A stretch of DNA of 64,000 nt, taken from contig CAVNZM010000011.1 in the NCBI GenBank assembly GCA_963693365.1, forward strand, positions 310,001-374,000. Direction: 5' to 3'. The notes below the pieces were generated by a model. It ran no database searches. It saw only the letters and a program-made list of their open reading frames with translations, and had not been told where the DNA came from. The position numbers and the translations under genes are program-made. Source of the DNA: Amoebidium appalachense (lineage: Eukaryota > Protista > Ichthyosporea). Positions 57,331-64,000 of the stretch are shown piece after piece; positions within the stretch are counted from its first letter, which is position 1; each line of letters begins with the position of its first letter.

Positions 57331-57899
57331 TGTCGTGTCCGGCTCGCGGTCGCTCTTTTGGGAGCTTGGCTTACTGTTACTATGTGGCGGGCTGGTGTAC
57401 GTCATTGAAAGGCGCAACCATTTATTGTGCCAGATCACCATTACCGGCAATCATTCCCCAGATGAACTGACCTACCGAATTGCTTTTATACCAAAGCAAT
57501 TTCGTAGCCGTGATTGTGGGACAGGAATGCCATCCAGCCTCACCAATCAAAAACCAGATCGGTGAGCCACATAACAATCCCCTCCCGCAAAGGACAAGCT
57601 AGAGTCTCCTGACTCGACTCCATGGGCACGAAAGACCCAGCGGGGGTGTAGCTTGTCGTGTCCGGCTCGCGGTCGCTCTTTTGGGAGCTTGGCTTACTGT
57701 TACTATGTGGCGGGCTGGTGTACGTCATTGAAAGGCGCAACCATTTATTGTGCCAGATCACCATTACCGGCAATCATTCCCCAGATGAACTGACCTACCG
57801 AATTGCTTTTATACCAAAGCAATTTCGTAGCCGTGATTGTGGGACAGGAATGCCATCCAGCCTCACCAATCAAAAACCAGATCGGTGAGCCACATAACA
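57331..57899 (-). mobile_element. TRIM-1: terminal-repeat retrotransposon in miniature, 569 bp
   Basis: Two identical 246-bp LTRs (57331-57576, 57654-57899) with TGT…ACA ends; 77-bp internal region; 5-bp TSD TTAGG (57326-57330 / 57900-57904). On the minus strand: PPT GCGGGAGGGGAT before the 3' LTR, TATAAAA and AATAAA inside the LTR. Confidence 0.95.
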
Positions 57900-58497
57900 T
57901 TAGGTCCCCGCTTCCCCCCTCGCCCTCCCCCTCCCCCACCGGTACCCCCCTCTGTCTCCCACTGCAGTGCCTCTGCTGGCGTTTATCAATTAATTATAAG
58001 GGCCTTAATAAGCCTTAGGGTCTGCCCAGTATAGGGAGAAATTTCAAATCGGACTTGCCCGGAGTCCGTTAAGTTTGGGTATTAATGCAGGCCAGCATAT
58101 GCATGGTATCCTCGTCGCCGTGCACATGCGCAACTGCAGCATGCATGTGCGCACGTGCATGACTGGTATATGCCACGGAAACAGAGATGGATAATCGCAA
58201 TGTGCATGTAGTGATAATATTGTGACACTGACTGGGCAGCCTACACCTGCCCGTGCACACATGTGTACACACACTCAGCAACACAATGCCATGGCTATGC
58301 ACATAGGCGCATGCACAACAGTGTGTGGGCAGTTGCTGCTCTCGGCCTGTCTGTACACTCGACTGTTTTTGTGTGTCACTGCACGTCCTGCATGCTTAAC
58401 GAAACCCAAGGCATTAGAGTCCAAAGATTATTGAATTACTATATGTGTGGCCACTGATGACTTGCCTGGACACCTCCTGGCCGGAAAGCCGGAATAT

Positions 58498-58650
58498 TCA
58501 TGTTTGTGATATACTGTTGGACATTGTGTTCATAGAAGCTAGTTCTAGTGCACGTTGTTCCTTCTGTAAGTCAGAAATGATTGCATCTTGTGAGGCCAAC
58601 CTCTGCTCCAGTAGTTGGACTAGTTGCTGCAACTGTAAGTTGTCAGACAT
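58498..58650 (-). pseudogene. Short coiled-coil-like ORF (50 aa), possibly truncated by a CGA-to-TGA change
   Basis: MSDNLQLQQLVQLLEQRLASQDAIISDLQKEQRALELAS…; TATATAAA on the minus strand at about 58770; the frame stays open for 27 codons past the TGA. Confidence 0.3.
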
Positions 58651-59201
58651 AGTGTCGTGTATGATGGGTAACTAGTCTATGTGTTTTGTGCACTGGAAAC
58701 GACAGTAGAAAAGTGTAAATCAAACGTTCTGCTTCCCATGTTTGTGACATGGGAGGCACTGCTTTATATAGTCGTTGGCCACCTCATGGTGGCCTCGTGT
58801 GCACCCTGGTGGTGGGCCATGTACAGCATGGCCGAAAAGAGAACACAATGAAAACAAGTCGTTAAAGATATAAAAGTTAACTGTGCACGTTGAGTGGCTA
58901 GTTAACTTGCACTAAAGCACACAAATAAACGTGTTTAACACACCAATTGCAGTTAAACGTAAATCTTGCTTCACACAACTAAAAATATTCTGAGAATATC
59001 CGGGAATAAAGCACACTACCACTCTAAGAATAGAATCCTGTGGCAAATATAGACATGACATCATCTGAACCGGGAATATTAATTAATGAGCACAATTAGC
59101 ACGTTGCTAGTGAAGCTCGTCATTGGTACAGTTTTGGCTCAAACATATAACTACCATATATGAATATGACCGTAAACAAAAGCTCTATGCACTCGAGTGA
59201 G

Positions 59202-60446
59202 TGTTGAAACAGTTATTCAATTGCTCAGAAACTTTCTCTAACAGACATTGCTAGCCGGGAGTACCAGTGTACTCCAACACCCCTACTCAATTGGATAATT
59301 GTGGTATGAATTAATGCAACTGAGCTCGAGTGCTTCAGGTGCACAAAATACAGACAATAAAGATTCCCCTACTCAATTTTAGTATGGTACACGTAGTTGC
59401 ACAGTCGGATGCAACTCTCTCCCCCCCCCTGAAGTATGAGGGCGCAGTTGGTTGATGACGGGTGCTCAGCACATGTTGAGCATCCCCACGGCCTTGGTGA
59501 AGAAAGAGGCAGACAGGGCCTTGGTGAACATGTCGGCCTTGTTGTCAGCAGAAGCCACCGGGACCACAGTGATGTTGCCCAGCAGGTGATGTTCCTTGAC
59601 GGAGCAGTAGCGGACGTCGATGTGCTTGGTCTTGGGCTTAACCCCCAGGGTGTCCAGCAGGGCCCGGGCAGACTCATTGTCCCCATGGATGGGCACCGGG
59701 GTGGGCTCATTGATAGGATTAAGGCCCAGGTCGTCCATCACATAGTTGAGCCATAGGGCCTCGTTCGTAGCAGCAGACATGGCCACAAATTCAGCCTCAG
59801 TGGAGCTGTCGGTGGTGATGGACTGGAGCCGAGACACCCAGGACACAGGGGAGGAGTTGATGAAGAAGACATAGCCCGTGGTGGAGCGCCGGGTGTCGCG
59901 GTCCTCGGCGTAGTCGGAGTCGGAGTAGCCAACAAGGTTGGGGGGGCCGGGACGGTAGACAATACCCAGGTCGATGGTGGCCAGCAGGTAGCTTACAACT
60001 CTGGTAGCCATAGTCCAGTGGGTGACGGTGGGCGCATGAATGTGTCGAGTAAGGACTCCCAGAGCCTGGGAAATGTCGGGGCGGGTGGTACGCGCAATCC
60101 ACAGCAGGGCACCGACCAGGCTGGCATAGTCCTCCTTCTTGCTGTAGGCTGGGGTCTTGTTGCTTTCACTGGCCTGGCCCGGGACGATGGGGGTCTTGGT
60201 GCCGGACATGTGGGTGAGACGAAAACGGGCAGCCAAGTCGATGATGTGTTGACGATGGCCCAGACGCAGAGACCCGTCCTCCAGCCAGGTAAGAGTGTGC
60301 CCGATGAGCAGGGTAGGACGACCCAGGTCCTTGGCAGAGAAACGAGCATCCAGCTTGGTGAAAAAATCGTCGATGAGCGCATCAGTGGCGGCCGTCACGG
60401 TGAAGTCATCCACGTAGGCAGCAAGGGCAATAAACGTTGGGGTCCC
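59202..60446 (-). mobile_element. Ty1/Copia LTR retrotransposon 3' part (RT C-terminus, RNase H, PPT, start of 3' LTR)
   Basis: YVDD, YASLVGALLW…TRPDI, GYSDSDYAEDRDTRRSTTGY, SSTEAEF, DNESA, KHIDVRY and ADMFTKAL, open to the stop at 59466. PPT CCAATTGAGTAGGGG is followed by TGTTGGAGT at 59279. A candidate LTR end CAACA lies at 59202 (only 78 bp, uncertain). Confidence 0.93.
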
Positions 60447-60926
60447 TGTAAACAACTGTACACATGAACTGTACATGTTTACTAAAGAATGTGATCTACT
60501 AGCACACGATTCGTGCTTTGTCATGAATATCACATAAATATTATGTCCGCACCAATAGGACTCACTCTGACCTAAGAATTGAACCATATATGGTTCTTCA
60601 GCTGCATACCACATAAACGAAGTGAACCAATAAGAGGTTTGCATAAATAGGACAAAGGTCTGACTGGCTCGGACCGCACCAGAATCACGAATGGCATGTT
60701 GCCACCCGCGCTGGCCGCGGATGAACCAATCCTGGGCCTTGACCCGAAACCTGGGGGCTATATAAGAAAGCCGTCCCAGTACGGGGATCACATCAGTGAA
60801 GTCTGAGACAGACTGAGTCGGCCCATAGTAAAAGCAACCTGGCCGCGTGTGCCTTTCTACCCGTTCTCTGTCTTTATTTTGATTCAGTTGTACTCTGCCT
60901 TATCCTAACTAGTCCAACTGTTTAAA
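60447..60926 (+). mobile_element. 5' LTR (about 480 bp) of a Gypsy-like element inserted into the Copia RT
   Basis: Starts TGTAAACA exactly where Copia homology stops and ends TGTTTAAA (one mismatch from TGTTTACA). Three CCAAT boxes, CTATATAAG at about 60758 and AGTAAA; followed by PBS TGGCGACCGCG at 60928. Confidence 0.8.
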
Positions 60927-63900
60927 TTGGCGACCGCGCAGTTCAAGAATCTCGCATCCTTCGAATCTCACATCTTTCAATCAGCACAAGAATCTCACAT
61001 CTTTCAATTACCCCAAGAATCTGCCATGGCCGATCACAATCCTTTTTACCCCGATGATAGGCACATCTTTCCTTGTCCGGCTTAGAATATATACACCTAC
61101 AAGTTTGAAGTGGCCAGCCCACCTACACGGAAAGAATTGAAAGCATGTAAAACTTCTTTTGCTACGACACATCAAAAATGTGAAGAAAAACGAATACACA
61201 ACGAAACAACGAATACACGAACAAACGAATAAAGAATTGCTAACGAAGCAATGAACCAACGAAAAACGAACCATCACGAATACGCAATGAAATAAAGAAT
61301 TAACGACAAACGATTGCATAGAGGAAATACGAAATGAATGCAACACGAAAACAAAACGAAGTAACGAAGTTATCAAACGACAAAAAACGAAAAACGAAAG
61401 CAAAATGAACTGGAAATACGAAAATGAAAGGACGAATGCACAACACTGCTTGGGTTGCAATGCACACAGCCCCCTCTATGTTAGGAAGAAAATAAAACCG
61501 TTGCCCTTGCGTGCATTGCCCTATTGCACACTGCCATCGTGTCCATGCCACCGCATGCACGTCCACACTCGCAAGCCAGATGCACGGCCACTTTCAGCAC
61601 AAATGCACTTAACGAAGAAGATAGTCGCTGTTGCTATAGCATGTAGGACCTAAGATCTTATGAAAGTAGTGTTGCATGCATGCTTCGAATCCCTTGCTGT
61701 TCTCGAATACAGCATGCCCCATAGTTTAGCGCACAGGATGCACAACATGCGCATGAATGTATGCTGGCATGCCTAAACACATTACGAACATATGCCTGAC
61801 TCATGTATGGCGGCCCTTCCTGGTGCCACGCCCTAACGAATTTGCACTCTTGGTGCACAAAAGGCATGTAATAAAGTCGATGCAGAACTTTTGTTCATGC
61901 ATGTGAAAAACAAAGAAGGTGTTGGGTACGAATTTTAAGGTGAATGCCCGTCTGTGGCAATACGGTGTAACATACCAATTACACTGTCAAGCCTTGCACT
62001 AGCTGCCGGCACACCCCCACCAGAACAAAAGAATGTGGTATGGGCACCGCTCCCTCACAACCCCATCATACAGTGTCAGTATTTTGGCTGGAAGCCTTTC
62101 AGTTTCGAATTACGAATACCCTCCTTCACTACTGAAGAAAGTGACGTGGAAGACAAATACGAATACGAATGCAAGGTGTTGTTGACTAACACATCGGACC
62201 ATCATGTGTACCTACTAGGCCCTGGTACGGAGGTGACCATGTTATTCCCTTGCAATATGATGACACTGTAACAATTTAGCACGTGCATACCCCACCAATG
62301 GGCACATGCGGGAGACAACCCCACAAGCTGCCTTATTGGGCACCTCTGCCAAAACGAATATTCTTCTCACGAAGGAACAGAAGAATGCCACGAACACGAA
62401 CCACACACTCACCAGGCAGCTACTTACATCTAATGTATGTAAGAAGTAGGGTGTGTGAACGGGGTAACTTCATGAACACCAACACGAAAGAAAGCACAGC
62501 ACAAAGCAGTTCCACGAATACGAATGGTTTTGGTATTCCACACAACGAACAGAACCTACAGTAGGGCCACCTACAAATGAAGCAGAGGATGGGGTGTTGG
62601 AGTGCAGACTTACGCTCACTCCACAATATGTGTATGTTAGCTTTACAATTGGTTCCGTGTACACAGACACACGCTGACACTCGATCACCACATGCACATC
62701 TGCATAGTTGAGGAATGTTGCCAATTGTGTTTTGACTGCAAACGATTGGTTCACTGGTCCCAGAGATCTCTAAATGAAAGTAACCAATCCGATTAGCGCC
62801 TGGCATCCGGATTACATTCCAGACTGCTGCCCCACGGGTATATAAGCCACGTCTCTGCCAGGTGCAGACATGGAGTTCAGACATGGAGTTCAGTCATGGA
62901 GTTCAGTCATGGAGTTCAGTCATGGAGTTCAGTCATGGAGTTCAGTCATGGAGTTCAGTCATGGAGTTCAGTCATGGAGTTAACACACTGAAAGCAGTAA
63001 AAAACGGGTCAGCGCCCAAGCGCGCCACGACGACCCTAGTCACAGCGGACTCTACTTCCAACAGGGTTATGGGCCCAGACACGACACCGCGGCCTCTAAC
63101 TTCACGTCCCCTACGACGCCTTGAACGGAGGAGCCCAGAAACCGACTTCTAGGCTGTACCCTACACCCGCGAGCGTATTTCCGTGAAGTAGAGACTTTCG
63201 CTTCCACAAACTCCATCCGCAGCAGCCTGCGACATCAACGTCAAGTATTCCACTTCATTGGCGGGGCACGCACCACAGTGGAATGCACACCCCGGTCTAC
63301 CCTGCAAGCAGCCACACTCACTCTCTCTTCTCTACAGTGGTGTGTACACTTCTCCAATTGGGTAGGGGTGTTGGAGTGCAGACTTACGCTCACTCCACAA
63401 TATGTGTATGTTAGCTTTACAATTGGTTCCGTGTACACAGACACACGCTGACACTCGATCACCACATGCACATCTGCATAGTTGAGGAATGTTGCCAATT
63501 GTGTTTTGACTGCAAACGATTGGTTCACTGGTCCCAGAGATCTCTAAATGAAAGTAACCAATCCGATTAGCACCTGGCATCCGGATTACATTCCAGACTG
63601 CTGCCCCACGGGTATATAAGCCACGTCTCTGCCAGGTGCAGACATGGAGTTCAGTCATGGAGTTCAGTCATGGAGTTCAGTCATGGAGTTCAGTCATGGA
63701 GTTCAGTCATGGAGTTCAGTCATGGAGTTAACACACTGAAAGCAGTAAAAAACGGGTCAGCGCCCAAGCGCGCCACGACGACCCTAGTCACAGCGGACTC
63801 TACTTCCAACATGGGGCACCATCCAGACCTGCACTGGAGGATATGAAAACACGAAGCGCGCTCACGAAGTTGCTTACAAAAGAAAGGGCGACTCCGACGA

Positions 63901-64000
63901 CTTTTCTTTTTAGGCCAAGCCTCCAGAAGAATGTATTATGCCTGGAATCCCCCTGCTCAACGAAAATGGCTGGCAAATGGGATACGAAAACTGCTCACGA
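60927..64000 (+). mobile_element. Decayed internal region of the Gypsy-like element, continuing past the window end
   Basis: PBS complementary to the tRNA-Arg(UCG) 3' end (…CGCGGUCGCCA), as in 412/mdg1-type Gypsy elements. One frame (that of ORFs 61405 and 61954) stays protein-like across scattered stops and across the TRIM-2 insertion. KVLLTNTSDHHVYLLGPGTEVTML resembles the dUTPase-like segment between protease and RT in some Gypsy pols. No catalytic motif was recognised. Confidence 0.6.
62595..63811 (+). mobile_element. TRIM-2: non-autonomous Copia-derived miniature LTR element, 1217 bp
   Basis: LTRs 62595-63063 and 63369-63811 with TGTTGG…CCAACA ends; TSD TGGGG (62590-62594 / 63812-63816); PBS GGTTATGGGCCCAG at 63065; PPT GGGTAGGGG; 305-bp non-coding interior. 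Confidence 0.95.

Noticed and set aside
57331-57576. Cassandra-type 5S rRNA domain in the TRIM-1 LTRs
   Set aside because: No 5S A-box/C-box similarity seen; the LTR has pol II signals instead.
57642-57653. tRNA-Ala gene
   Set aside because: Only 12 nt match; no D-arm, anticodon arm or T-arm follows.
59417-59430. AGGGGGGGGGAGAG as the Copia PPT
   Set aside because: It is not followed by TG. The GAGTAGGGG|TGTTGG junction at 59279 fits better and matches TRIM-2.
60447-60791. N-terminal extension of the Copia ORF as a novel fusion or spliced domesticated RT
   Set aside because: It is the antisense of the inserted LTR; the apparent TTTACAG acceptor is the LTR terminus.
62225-62509. Two candidate short introns (62225-62279, 62435-62509) giving a spliced gene inside the Gypsy-like element
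   Set aside because: A single unspliced frame with scattered stops and in-frame GAA-rich codons explains the region more simply, and the acceptor of the second intron is weak. Not fully excluded without RNA data.

Overview
Eukaryotic genomic DNA with GT-AG introns and CTRAC-like branch points. It is gene-sparse, and almost every ORF in the supplied track is an artefact of (CA/TG)n, (CT/AG)n and poly-C/poly-G tracts. By hand I can build eight genes: an NTF2/SnoaL-fold gene (- strand, 2 exons) divergent from a 7-exon PWWP protein with a long K/E/A tail; three co-oriented C2H2 zinc-finger genes without introns in the CDS (about 12.1, 29.1 and 40.1 kb); a Trp-periodic helical protein of unknown function; an orphan 8-TM, 7TM-like protein; and an 8-exon cytochrome b5-fused front-end fatty acid desaturase. 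The last 7 kb is an LTR-retrotransposon nest. It holds a 569-bp TRIM with identical LTRs and a non-canonical primer site, and a Copia RT/RNase H fragment interrupted by a decayed Gypsy-like element with a tRNA-Arg PBS. That Gypsy-like element is itself interrupted by a second, Copia-derived miniature element whose PPT/LTR junction matches the Copia fragment. The most notable signals are a recently duplicated zinc finger whose internal differences are all amino-acid changing and concentrated at DNA-contact positions, the TRIM primer site, and a shared CCAAT/E2F/TGATATCA promoter module. The overall style would fit a unicellular opisthokont such as an ichthyosporean, but that is inference only. 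All models are manual and unverified by database search.
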